64,000 nt of DNA from Chthonomonadales bacterium (GTDB lineage: Bacteria > Armatimonadota > Chthonomonadetes > Chthonomonadales > CAJBBX01): positions 50,430 through 114,429 of the forward strand of contig JBMFSQ010000006.1 in NCBI GenBank assembly GCA_049967475.1. Reading direction: 5' to 3'. A program made the position numbers and the translations under genes. Of this stretch, positions 28,949 to 37,819 are shown in pieces. The notes beneath the pieces are model-generated. The model searched no databases. It was not told where the DNA came from and worked only from the letters and a program-made list of their open reading frames with translations. The stretch's first letter is position 1. Each line of letters starts with the position of its first letter.

Positions 28949-29550
28949 CCTACGCCGATCCACGCGAGCAGCTTTGCGCTTTGGCGGCCTTGGCGTACGA
29001 CCGGCGGCTGCTGGACAGCGCCGGGGGGAATTTCAGCATCCGCAATGGCGATGTGGTGTTTGCGACGCCTCGCTATGCCGGCAGCCGACGCCAGTGGAGG
29101 CTTACGCCGGAGGAAATTGTAGACCTGGATCTGGATGGCCGGAAGCAAGCGGGGACGGGCGAACCTTCCCGGGAGATCCGGATGCATCTGGCGATTTATC
29201 GGGCCTTCCCCTTGGCGGGTGCTGTGTTCCACGCCCACCCGCTCCACGTGATGGTTTTCGCATCACTTCGCCGCCCCATTCCGCCTACGAGTGAGCAGAC
29301 GCGCAAGTTCGGTGTGATCGGGCTTGCTCGTGAGGCTCCGGCCCACAGCCCGGAACTTGCCGCATCCGTTGTAGAAGCCCTTGCACCTGCCGCGGACGGG
29401 CTGGCGGAACATGCAATGGCCTGCCTCTTGCCGGAGCACGGCATTGTGGTTGTCGGGCGCAATGCCGATGACGCTTATGATGCTCTGGAGCGTATAGACG
29501 CTTCGGCATACATTCTTATCGCCCAGGCTGCACTCAAAGCCGCCGGGTGA
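28945..29550 (+). CDS. Class II aldolase/adducin family protein
   Basis: GGNFS, PSREIRMHLAIY, HAHP and HGIVVVG. Confidence 0.88.
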   Translation: MTYADPREQLCALAALAYDRRLLDSAGGNFSIRNGDVVFATPRYAGSRRQWRLTPEEIVDLDLDGRKQAGTGEPSREIRMHLAIYRAFPLAGAVFHAHPLHVMVFASLRRPIPPTSEQTRKFGVIGLAREAPAHSPELAASVVEALAPAADGLAEHAMACLLPEHGIVVVGRNADDAYDALERIDASAYILIAQAALKAAG

Positions 29551-29555
29551 CGCCG

Positions 29556-30587
29556 TCAACTTCGGGACGCGCCTTGTTTTAGGGCTTGGGTAGCGTAAAG
29601 ACCTCGGAAATAGGTCACGCTCTTTAGAAAGGTCCGCATCTCGTCCCGAACCACCGTGGCGCTGGGGGCGCCCTTCTCCCATGGCGTGCGCCAGTCCCTG
29701 TCCGAAGGCAGGCCGTGCGCCCAGAGGATGCGAAGCACGGCCAGAAGATCGCCTAGAGGTCGCGCGCCGTAGGGCATCCACCAGTCGTCTTGAAGCAGCG
29801 TCACGTGGCGAGATGCCTGGGCCCCCACCTCGATGCCTGGGAGCAGGCTGTGCGGCACATCGGCGAGCACCTGCAGAATGCGCGGAAAGTCTACCACACC
29901 ATCGCCTGCCACACAGCGTGTAAGGCGGAAGCCGTCTGCAGCGAAGTACATGCGGTAATCCTTTAGATGCACGTGCCGAACGTAAGGCGCCACGCGGCGG
30001 GCTGCTTCCACGGGATCTTCGCATACGGCTAGGGAGTTGCCGGTGTCCAGGCAGACGCCCACAACATCAGCGCCGGCCTCCTCGCAGAGGTGCACAAGGT
30101 CATACGACGTGGCGTCCTGATGGTTTTCTACGGCAATGGCCACGCCAAGATCGCGGGCATACGGCGCTACGGAGCGCAGGATGCCGAGCACAGCTTCATA
30201 ATGATCGGGCCAGCCCGGTGTGAGCGTACGGCGATCTCCACACAGGACTGGGGAAAGGACCACGCGCACGACGGGCCTGTCCATGCCGCTTACGACGGTG
30301 GCGGCGTGGACGAGCCGCCGCAGTTCCTCGGCATCTGCGATACCTGCATCCACAATCACTTTGAGGCCGTGCTGCTGAGCCGTGTCCCGCAGAAGGGCAA
30401 GAGCTTCCGGCTGGCATTGGGCCGCACTGAGAGGAAGTTCGATGCCGGCCAGTTCCTCCCTCGCCGCAAGCTGCATCCAGTCCGGGATGAGAAGCGGAGC
30501 TTCCGGAAGTGCGCCCGTTGCCGAGCGCAGGTACCCGAACGCATGCGGACAAGAGGAGGTTGTTGCAACGCACGGAACCATATTCAT
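29556..30587 (-). CDS. Sugar phosphate isomerase/epimerase (xylose-isomerase-like TIM barrel)
   Basis: Metal ligands in AVENHQD, CLDTGN and HVHLKD; also GDGVVDF. Confidence 0.82.
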   Translation of the reverse strand: MNMVPCVATTSSCPHAFGYLRSATGALPEAPLLIPDWMQLAAREELAGIELPLSAAQCQPEALALLRDTAQQHGLKVIVDAGIADAEELRRLVHAATVVSGMDRPVVRVVLSPVLCGDRRTLTPGWPDHYEAVLGILRSVAPYARDLGVAIAVENHQDATSYDLVHLCEEAGADVVGVCLDTGNSLAVCEDPVEAARRVAPYVRHVHLKDYRMYFAADGFRLTRCVAGDGVVDFPRILQVLADVPHSLLPGIEVGAQASRHVTLLQDDWWMPYGARPLGDLLAVLRILWAHGLPSDRDWRTPWEKGAPSATVVRDEMRTFLKSVTYFRGLYATQALKQGASRS

Positions 30588-30666
30588 GCCCTCGATGAAT
30601 GTGTTTCTTCCCGCTTGTGTGCGAGAAACCAACATTCGGCGCCGGAACGAACTGGACAGGGTGGTG

Positions 30667-33561
30667 CTACGGCGCCGATCGGGCCGCAGGTGGTGGGTTC
30701 TCGAGGGACTGCTGGAGTTGCCGCAAAGCCCTCCCTAATTCATCCAGCGCTTTGGAGTATTCCTGCTCATGCCTCCGAGCCGCATTATATGCCTGTTGCA
30801 CTTGGCGCAGCGCCTGTGCTGCATTGGTGGGGCCGGGCGTCGCAGTCGGTGCCGGCTCCGTTGCCGCGCCTCCCGGCTGCGAGGCGACCGCGCCGGAAGC
30901 AGCTTCCGTGGTTTTGCCCAAATCCGCAACGGCCGCGTCCAGGGTCGTGTCCATGACGATCTTATCGGCGCTGGCAACGATCACACGCTGGATTTGGGGA
31001 ATTGCCGCGGCTCCCTGTGAGGCGGCTTGCACGTATAGGGGTACGGCGTAGAGCAGCGAATTGCCCACGGGGATCACCAACAAGTTGCCGAAGACCACCC
31101 TGGAGCCCACTTGGCCCAGAAGCGTCATCGTTTCTGAAATCTCCCTCTGCTGCTTGATCTGGCCGATGATCTGCTGCGGACCGTTGACGTTGATGCCTCT
31201 CGGGAAGCGGTACACCAGGAGCTGGCCGTAATGATCCGGATCACACCTTGCGCACATCCAGGCCGAAAGGTTCTGGCGGCGGAGCGGAGTGAACGGCGTC
31301 ATGATTAGGAACTCTTCAGACTGTTCGCCAGGCAGGCGCATCACTACGTAGTAGGGCTGCATGGTGGGCTGCCCCTCATCCGGCGAAGCCTCTGATTGGT
31401 TCTCGGCTGGAGGAGTGGGGTCGGCCGGAACCTCCCAGGCATCCTCCTTATTGTAGTAGACCCGGGGGTCGGTAATATGGTAGAGGGTGAAGATGCTCCT
31501 CTGGATGCGGAAGAGGTCTTCAGGATACCGCAGGTGCGCCTTGAGCGTGGGATCCATCTGAGCCAGGGGCGTAAAGAGTGTAGGGAAGATGCGCTGCCAG
31601 GTTCGAATGATGGGGTCTTGGGGATCCGCAACGAAGAATTGTACGGTTCCGTCATAGGCGTCTACCACAGCTTTAACGGAATTCCGGATGTAATTGAACT
31701 GCTGTGCGACATCTTCCTGGCCCGTGCCTACAGCGAAGGGGCGCGCGTACGGATAGCGGTCGGTGACGGTGTACGCGTCCAAGATCCATACGAGGCGGCC
31801 GTTGTCTACCACCATGTAGGGGTCGTTGTCCCAATTTAGGAACGGCGCCAGCGTTTGGACGCGCTCGCGGATGGCCCGGCGAAAGAGGATGCGGCTCTGG
31901 GGCGTAAGGTCGCTGGAAAGCAGCATGTTGGTGTCCCCGAGGCGGATGGACCAGGCGAGCCGTACCAGGTCCGATGAGAGCGGCACACCGCCTTTGCCGG
32001 CGTAGCGGGTGGTGACATCGCCGGATCCCGCGTGGTAATCGAACTCATCCTGGCGGGTGTTGATGAACACGTAATCCGTTGTGATCTCACCGTAGTAAAT
32101 CTGGGGCTTCCGGACCTGCAGATCCGGGACTTGGGATCGGATGGGGATTTCGCTGATGTAATATTCAGGCAGCCCCTGGGGATCTATGCGGTTCACCGGG
32201 CTCATGACGATGCCGTACCCGTGGGTGTACTGCAGGCGCTCGTTTTGCCAGGTGCGTGCGGTTTCCGGAAGGCCGGGAGTGTAAAGCTCGCGCACCCCGA
32301 GCATAACTTGGCGCAACCGCCCGCGGATGCGGTAGCGGTCCACATCTATGTTGTAATCTCCGGCCGTCATAGTGGAGTTTGGCGGGAGTGTGAAGCGGTA
32401 GTACGTAGCTAAAGCCTGCTTGGCAGTGTATACGAGCCCAAGCTGAGGCCAGTCCCACAGGCGGATATTCTCGATAGTCGGGCGGTCTGCCGCGAGATCT
32501 GCTGCGGATAGGGCGGACGACCCGGCAAAGGGCAGCTCCTTCACGTGATCCAGGCCGTAGGCGGTCCGAGTGAAGCTCAGATCCCGGGAGATATACTCGC
32601 GTTCCTTATCGAACTGGTTCGGTATCACCAGGAACCGCTGCACGATGCCTGGAAGGGCCCCGGCACCCACGACGGACACCAGCGCCCATAGGGCCAGGGC
32701 GGCAAGAGGTAGGATAAACGGCCGGCCCATGCGCACGTTGCCAAAGCACGCGGCTGCTACCAACAACATCGCACTCATCTGCCAATAGGTAGCGGGTAAG
32801 CGCACGTGGAGGTCCGTATATCCTGCTCCTGTAAAGAAACCATTGTCCGATGTGAGCAGGTCGTAGCGACCTAGCCAATACCGGGCTGCGTACAGGAGTG
32901 CAAAGCATCCGGCGAGAGCCAGCAGGTGCTTGCGGACATAGGGTGCGTAGGTGGGCAGATTGCTGGCGAGAAAGTCCAGGGCGCCGCTGCCGTAATGGAT
33001 CAACGCCACGCCGATTGCCGTAAGCGCCACGGCGACGAGACACCAGTTCAGAAGAAACGTTAGGAAGGGCAACCGGAAGAGATAGAAACCGATATCCAAG
33101 TGAAACACGGGGTCGCGAGTGCCGAAGGCGGCGCCATGGGTGAATTGCAGGTATTGCGCCCACTGGCCCGCAGCAGCCGCTCCCATGGGAAGGGCCACTG
33201 CGATCGGCGCGATCCAAACCATTCGGCTGAGGACAGAGCGGGCGACGCGGCTGATCTGCTCTCGGTCCGGATCCAGTCCCACTAGATGCGGGCGGGCTTC
33301 GTTGAGGCGCCAGGCGATCCAAAAGTTTAGGTGGCTGATGAGGTAGAAGAGCAGACCCATACCGAAGAAGAGGGTCAGGCGCACCCGGATCATTTCGGCA
33401 AATACGGCAGACTGGCGCAATTCTCCGAACCAGAGCCAGTCCGTATAGATCTTAACGGCCTGGTACCCAAACAGCACCGCGACGAGGAGGAGAGCGGCCA
33501 CAGCGATACGAACCGCTCGTTGCCACGGTGAATGGGCGCGAGGGAGCCGATGCAAGGACAT
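30667..33561 (-). CDS. UPF0182 family membrane protein
   Basis: TDWLWF, DPVFHLDIGFYLFRLP, GAGYTD, NIRLWD, YTHGYG, FNYIRNSVK, HLRYPEDLF and GNLLVIP. Longest ORF starts at 33645. Confidence 0.93.
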   Translation of the reverse strand: MSLHRLPRAHSPWQRAVRIAVAALLLVAVLFGYQAVKIYTDWLWFGELRQSAVFAEMIRVRLTLFFGMGLLFYLISHLNFWIAWRLNEARPHLVGLDPDREQISRVARSVLSRMVWIAPIAVALPMGAAAAGQWAQYLQFTHGAAFGTRDPVFHLDIGFYLFRLPFLTFLLNWCLVAVALTAIGVALIHYGSGALDFLASNLPTYAPYVRKHLLALAGCFALLYAARYWLGRYDLLTSDNGFFTGAGYTDLHVRLPATYWQMSAMLLVAAACFGNVRMGRPFILPLAALALWALVSVVGAGALPGIVQRFLVIPNQFDKEREYISRDLSFTRTAYGLDHVKELPFAGSSALSAADLAADRPTIENIRLWDWPQLGLVYTAKQALATYYRFTLPPNSTMTAGDYNIDVDRYRIRGRLRQVMLGVRELYTPGLPETARTWQNERLQYTHGYGIVMSPVNRIDPQGLPEYYISEIPIRSQVPDLQVRKPQIYYGEITTDYVFINTRQDEFDYHAGSGDVTTRYAGKGGVPLSSDLVRLAWSIRLGDTNMLLSSDLTPQSRILFRRAIRERVQTLAPFLNWDNDPYMVVDNGRLVWILDAYTVTDRYPYARPFAVGTGQEDVAQQFNYIRNSVKAVVDAYDGTVQFFVADPQDPIIRTWQRIFPTLFTPLAQMDPTLKAHLRYPEDLFRIQRSIFTLYHITDPRVYYNKEDAWEVPADPTPPAENQSEASPDEGQPTMQPYYVVMRLPGEQSEEFLIMTPFTPLRRQNLSAWMCARCDPDHYGQLLVYRFPRGINVNGPQQIIGQIKQQREISETMTLLGQVGSRVVFGNLLVIPVGNSLLYAVPLYVQAASQGAAAIPQIQRVIVASADKIVMDTTLDAAVADLGKTTEAASGAVASQPGGAATEPAPTATPGPTNAAQALRQVQQAYNAARRHEQEYSKALDELGRALRQLQQSLENPPPAARSAP

Positions 33562-33797
33562 AGGTGCGCTCCGGGTGCAGATGTCGTTGCCGGAATGGGC
33601 TGGAGCCCGCAAGGTTCGGGATGCAGCCTCTGTGGAGTATAACATAATACCGGGCCGGCGGCTACGACCTAGGACCCGGCTGCCGAGAAACCGGCAGGAA
33701 TCGGCCGGCTGTGCGGCGAAAAGAAAACCTCGAGATCGCGCGCTCGTGGAAAACGGGCTGCGCTATCTGAATGCGACGTGGCCCCGCGTGGCAGATC

Positions 33798-33907
33798 AAA
33801 GGATGGTGTGTGATGAAGCATCTAAGGAACGTCACTCATCATCCTTTACGCATCCATTAGGCATGGTTTCCGAGCCTCTCGGTTCATCGTTGCGATGTAA
33901 TCGAGAG
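33798..33907 (+). promoter_or_regulatory. Candidate structured leader RNA (two long hairpins) upstream of the glycan operon
   Basis: Stem 33798-33847 and stem 33876-33907, both with G-U pairs that work on the + strand (detailed in findings). Confidence 0.45.
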
Positions 33908-34047
33908 TGCTGCGCCCTGCCTGGGCCAAAGGAGCTTCTAATCGCGGTGCAGCCGAGCTGCTGCAAGGCGCCCCGGAGCGGATGATGCAGGAACTTAGCG
34001 CCCCTACTTCAGCAGAGGAGCGGCAGAGCGCGATGGGAGGCGCCCAC

Positions 34048-34866
34048 ATGCCCGTTGTGGATATTGCGCCCTCGCGCGGCTGGGTGTCTCTTAAGCTCAA
34101 TGAGCTTTGGGAGTACCGCGAGCTCCTCTACTTCCTCACCTGGCGCGATATCAAGGTTCGGTACAAGCAGACGGCCCTTGGTGCCGCTTGGGCCATCATC
34201 CAGCCCTTCTTCACGATGGTGGTCTTCAGCCTCTTCTTCGGGAAGCTCGCGAAGATCCCTTCAGACCGCATCCCGTATCCCATCTTCAGCTACACCGCCC
34301 TCGTGCCGTGGACCTTCTTTGCCACGGGGTTGGCGAATGCATCCAACAGCCTCGTCGGCAGCGCGAACCTCATCAAGAAGGTCTATTTCCCTCGCCTCGC
34401 CGTTCCCATCGCCACGGTGCTTTCGGGTGTGGTGGATTTCGCGCTGGCCTTCGCCGTGCTCGTGGGGATGATGCTTTATTACGGCATCCGTCCCGGTCTG
34501 GGAGTGGTCTGGCTTCCTGCGTTCCTCCTTCTTGCACTGGTTACGTCACTGGGCGTGGGGCTGTGGCTTTCGGCGCTGAATGTGCAATACCGGGACGTGC
34601 GGTATGTGGTCCCCTTCATAACCCAGTTTTGGATGTTTGCTACCCCCATCGCGTATCCAAGCTCATTGCTGAGCGCCAAATGGCGCACGATTTACGGACT
34701 GAACCCCATGGCAGGTGTCGTGGAGGGGTTCCGCTGGGCGCTCATCGGCAAGACACCGGCGCCTGGGCCGCTGATCCTGGCCTCGGCACTGGCCGCTTTG
34801 GCCTTGCTGGTGAGCGGCGCGTTTTACTTCCGCCGAATGGAGCGAACCTTTGCAGACGTGGTTTGA
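34048..34866 (+). CDS. wzm: Polysaccharide ABC transporter permease
   Basis: ELWEYRELLYFLTWRDIKVRYKQTALG, LIKKVYFPR, YRDV and LNPM. GGAGG RBS. Upstream starts at 33982 and 34033 are possible. Confidence 0.95.
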   Translation: MPVVDIAPSRGWVSLKLNELWEYRELLYFLTWRDIKVRYKQTALGAAWAIIQPFFTMVVFSLFFGKLAKIPSDRIPYPIFSYTALVPWTFFATGLANASNSLVGSANLIKKVYFPRLAVPIATVLSGVVDFALAFAVLVGMMLYYGIRPGLGVVWLPAFLLLALVTSLGVGLWLSALNVQYRDVRYVVPFITQFWMFATPIAYPSSLLSAKWRTIYGLNPMAGVVEGFRWALIGKTPAPGPLILASALAALALLVSGAFYFRRMERTFADVV

Positions 34867-35869
34867 GGACCGGTGCTTCATTATTGGAGAGGTGGCTCAG
34901 GCCCATGACGGCAGCCTCGGCATGGCTCACGCTTACATTGATGCGGTGGCCAAGGCAGGTGCTGATGCCGTGAAGTTCCAGACGCACATCGCAGCCGCCG
35001 AGTCCACCCCGGGGGAGCCGTGGCGCGTGAAGTTCAGCCCCCAGGATGCCACACGCTACGATTATTGGCGGCGCATGGAGTTTACCGAGGAACAGTGGCG
35101 TGGGCTCAAGGAGCATGCAGAGGACAAAGGCCTTGTATTTCTGAGCTCTCCCTTTTCGCATGAAGCTGTGGAGATGCTCGAGCGCGTCGGCGTAGCTGCG
35201 TGGAAGGTGGCTTCGGGGGAACTGAACAACCTGCCCCTGTTTGAGCGGATGCTTGACACGGGTATCCCCTTCCTGCTCTCTTCCGGGATGAGCCCGCTCG
35301 AAGAACTGGATCGAGCCGTCCGGGCAGTGCGTGCGCGGGGTGTCCCCTTTGCGGTACTCCAATGTACGTCGGCCTATCCGTGCCCGCCTGAGCGGCTGGG
35401 CCTCAATATGATCCCGTTGCTGGCGGAGAGGTACAAATGCCCGGTGGGCCTCTCGGATCACTCGGGGACGATCTACTCCGGGCTGGCTGCTGTAGTTTTG
35501 GGGGCGCGCGTTTTGGAAGTGCACGTAACGATGAGCCGCGAAATGTTCGGGCCCGATGTTGTGGCCTCCGTTACGACCTCCGAGCTGAGGGATCTCGTGC
35601 AGGGAGTTCGGTTCATAGAAAAGGCCCTAGCCTCACCCGTGGATAAGGACGCTATGGCCGCAGAATTGGCGCCTTTGCGCAGCCTCTTCACCAAAAGCAT
35701 CGTTCTCAAGCGAGATCTGCCCGAAGGCACAGTGCTTTCGGACGAGCATCTGGCATTCAAAAAACCGGGAACAGGCATTCCGGCGGCTGAGGCTTCTAAG
35801 GTCGTGGGGCGCCGCCTCCGAAGGTCTGTAGCCGCAGACACACTGCTTAGCGAGGATGACCTTGAGTAA
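34850..35869 (+). CDS. neuB: N-acetylneuraminate / nonulosonate synthase
   Basis: IIGEVAQAHDGS, ADAVKFQ, KVASGE, QCTSAYP, GLSDHS and a C-terminal SAF domain (KKPGTGIP). TTG start overlaps the wzm end. Confidence 0.93.
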   Translation: MQTWFEDRCFIIGEVAQAHDGSLGMAHAYIDAVAKAGADAVKFQTHIAAAESTPGEPWRVKFSPQDATRYDYWRRMEFTEEQWRGLKEHAEDKGLVFLSSPFSHEAVEMLERVGVAAWKVASGELNNLPLFERMLDTGIPFLLSSGMSPLEELDRAVRAVRARGVPFAVLQCTSAYPCPPERLGLNMIPLLAERYKCPVGLSDHSGTIYSGLAAVVLGARVLEVHVTMSREMFGPDVVASVTTSELRDLVQGVRFIEKALASPVDKDAMAAELAPLRSLFTKSIVLKRDLPEGTVLSDEHLAFKKPGTGIPAAEASKVVGRRLRRSVAADTLLSEDDLE

Positions 35870-37109
35870 CGGAGCGCTTCGGAAGGTCTGCGTGGTGCTG
35901 GTGGATCGCGCGAACTACGGCCGCCTCAAGCCGGTGATGCGCGCGATCCAGAGTCACCCGAACCTGGAACTTCAGGTGCTGGCCGCCGGAACGATGGTGC
36001 TGGAACGCTTCGACCTACCTGTGCGGGTGGTCCGGGAACACGGCTTTCCTGTTGACGGCGAAATCTACATAGAGCTGGAAGGCTCCACGCCATCCAGTAT
36101 GGCCAAGTCCGTGGGTTTTGGCGTTGTGGAGTTTGCCAGCGAGTTTCAGCGCCTCAAACCCGACCTCGTGTTGCTCATCGGCGATCGGTACGAGGCGCTT
36201 GCCGCGGCTATCGCAGCCGCCTATATGAACCTTTGCATCGTCCATATCCAGGGGGGTGAAGTGTCCGGCTCCATAGATGAGAGCGCGCGGCACGCCATTA
36301 CCAAGTTCGCCCATTACCACTTCCCGTCCACACGGCGCTCGGCAGAATACATCGTGAGGATGGGCGAGGACCCGGCGACCATTCTTGGAGTGGGATGCCC
36401 CAGCAGTGATATCGCCCGGGAGTTGGATCGCGCCCTGCGGCCCGAAGTGCTTAACAGTCGCGGATCCGGAGCGGTCATAGACGCTTCCCGGCCCTTCCTC
36501 TTGGTGATCTTTCACCCGACGACCACGGAATTCGGAGGCGAGCAGAAGCAGATGCAGGAGCTTCTGAGCGCGCTCAAGACGCTCGCCACCCAAACCGTTC
36601 TGTTGTGGCCAAACATAGACGCCGGGGCAGATCATGTAAGCAAAGCCATTCGCACCTTCCGTGACCGCAACAAGCCATGGTGGCTTCGTACCGTGATCAA
36701 CCTGCCGCCGGAAGATTATCTGCGTGTCCTCGCGAACGCCGCGTGCGCCGTGGGGAACTCCAGCAGCTTCGTGCGGGATGCGAGCTACTTCGGTACCCCC
36801 GTTGTTTTGGTGGGCAACCGTCAAGACGGGCGCGAGACCGACGTGCATGTGATGCGGGTGCCGCCTTCGGCTGAAGCCATTGTGGAGGGTGTGCGTCGTC
36901 AACTGAGCCACGGTAGGTATTCTCCCAGCGACCTTTACGGCGACGGCCATGTGGCCGAGCGCATCGCGGAGGCACTCGCCACGCTCCGCCCTTACGTTCA
37001 AAAGCGGCTGTATTATATTCGCGACGGGAATGGCGCCGCCAGCTCGGAGGCAGCCGCTGCTGCGCCCGTGTCCTCCCCCGTGGGAGCAGCAGAGTTGAGC
37101 CTGGAATGA
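35856..37109 (+). CDS. neuC: Hydrolysing UDP-GlcNAc 2-epimerase
   Basis: RANYG, GDRYE, HIQGGEVSGSIDE, RHAITKFAH, HPTT, PNIDAG, GNSSS and YGDG. Confidence 0.93.
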   Translation: MTLSNGALRKVCVVLVDRANYGRLKPVMRAIQSHPNLELQVLAAGTMVLERFDLPVRVVREHGFPVDGEIYIELEGSTPSSMAKSVGFGVVEFASEFQRLKPDLVLLIGDRYEALAAAIAAAYMNLCIVHIQGGEVSGSIDESARHAITKFAHYHFPSTRRSAEYIVRMGEDPATILGVGCPSSDIARELDRALRPEVLNSRGSGAVIDASRPFLLVIFHPTTTEFGGEQKQMQELLSALKTLATQTVLLWPNIDAGADHVSKAIRTFRDRNKPWWLRTVINLPPEDYLRVLANAACAVGNSSSFVRDASYFGTPVVLVGNRQDGRETDVHVMRVPPSAEAIVEGVRRQLSHGRYSPSDLYGDGHVAERIAEALATLRPYVQKRLYYIRDGNGAASSEAAAAAPVSSPVGAAELSLE

Positions 37110-37819
37110 GCATGCGGGTGCTGGGCGTAATTACGGCACGGGGAGGCTCGAAGGGGGTGCCGCGCAAGAACCTGCACTCCCTGGGCGGCAAGCCGCTTTT
37201 GGCGTACACGTGTGTGGCAGCCCTCCAATCCAAGCGGCTGAGCCGCGTGATCCTTACCACAGAGGACGACGAAATCGCTCGCACAGGGCGCCAATGGGGT
37301 GTAGAGGTTCCTTTCTTGCGCCCCATGGAACTCGCGTTGGATACCACACCCACCCTCCCGGTCCTCCAACATGCCGTTACCTGGCTGGAGGAGAGGGGGG
37401 ACCGATACGATGCAGTGTGCCTCCTTCAACCCACAAACCCCTTGCGGCCCCCGGAGTGGATAGACAAGTGCATCGAGCTGCTGGAAGAGCGGAGGGCCGA
37501 TTGCGTGATCACAGTCTTACCCGTACCTCCGGAGTACAATCCGCATTGGGTGTACTTTGAACACGATGGATGCCTGTACTTGGCGACCGGAGAGAAGACG
37601 CCCGTACCGCGCCGCCAGGACCTGCCGGCGGCCTTTCACCGGGAGGGCAGCGTTTATGTGATGCGCCGGGATGTCCTTATGGAGCAGAATTCTCTTTTTG
37701 GGGATTGCGTGGTTGGGTACGCGGTAGATCCCTCGGTATCGGTGAACATAGACGGCCTGGAGGATTTCGAGCGGGCGGAGGAATTGCTGGCCAAGGCAGG
37801 GTTTGCATGTGTGGAATAG
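37106..37819 (+). CDS. neuA: Acylneuraminate cytidylyltransferase
   Basis: ARGGSKGVPRKN, LRPMELALD, LQPTNPLR, RRQDLP and NIDGLEDF. Confidence 0.94.
   Translation: MSMRVLGVITARGGSKGVPRKNLHSLGGKPLLAYTCVAALQSKRLSRVILTTEDDEIARTGRQWGVEVPFLRPMELALDTTPTLPVLQHAVTWLEERGDRYDAVCLLQPTNPLRPPEWIDKCIELLEERRADCVITVLPVPPEYNPHWVYFEHDGCLYLATGEKTPVPRRQDLPAAFHREGSVYVMRRDVLMEQNSLFGDCVVGYAVDPSVSVNIDGLEDFERAEELLAKAGFACVE

Noticed and set aside
33693..33722. GCAGGAAT-N-GCGAA alternative-sigma (SigH-like) promoter for the glycan operon
   Set aside because: Only a partial match to a consensus from another lineage. Too weak to call without TSS data.
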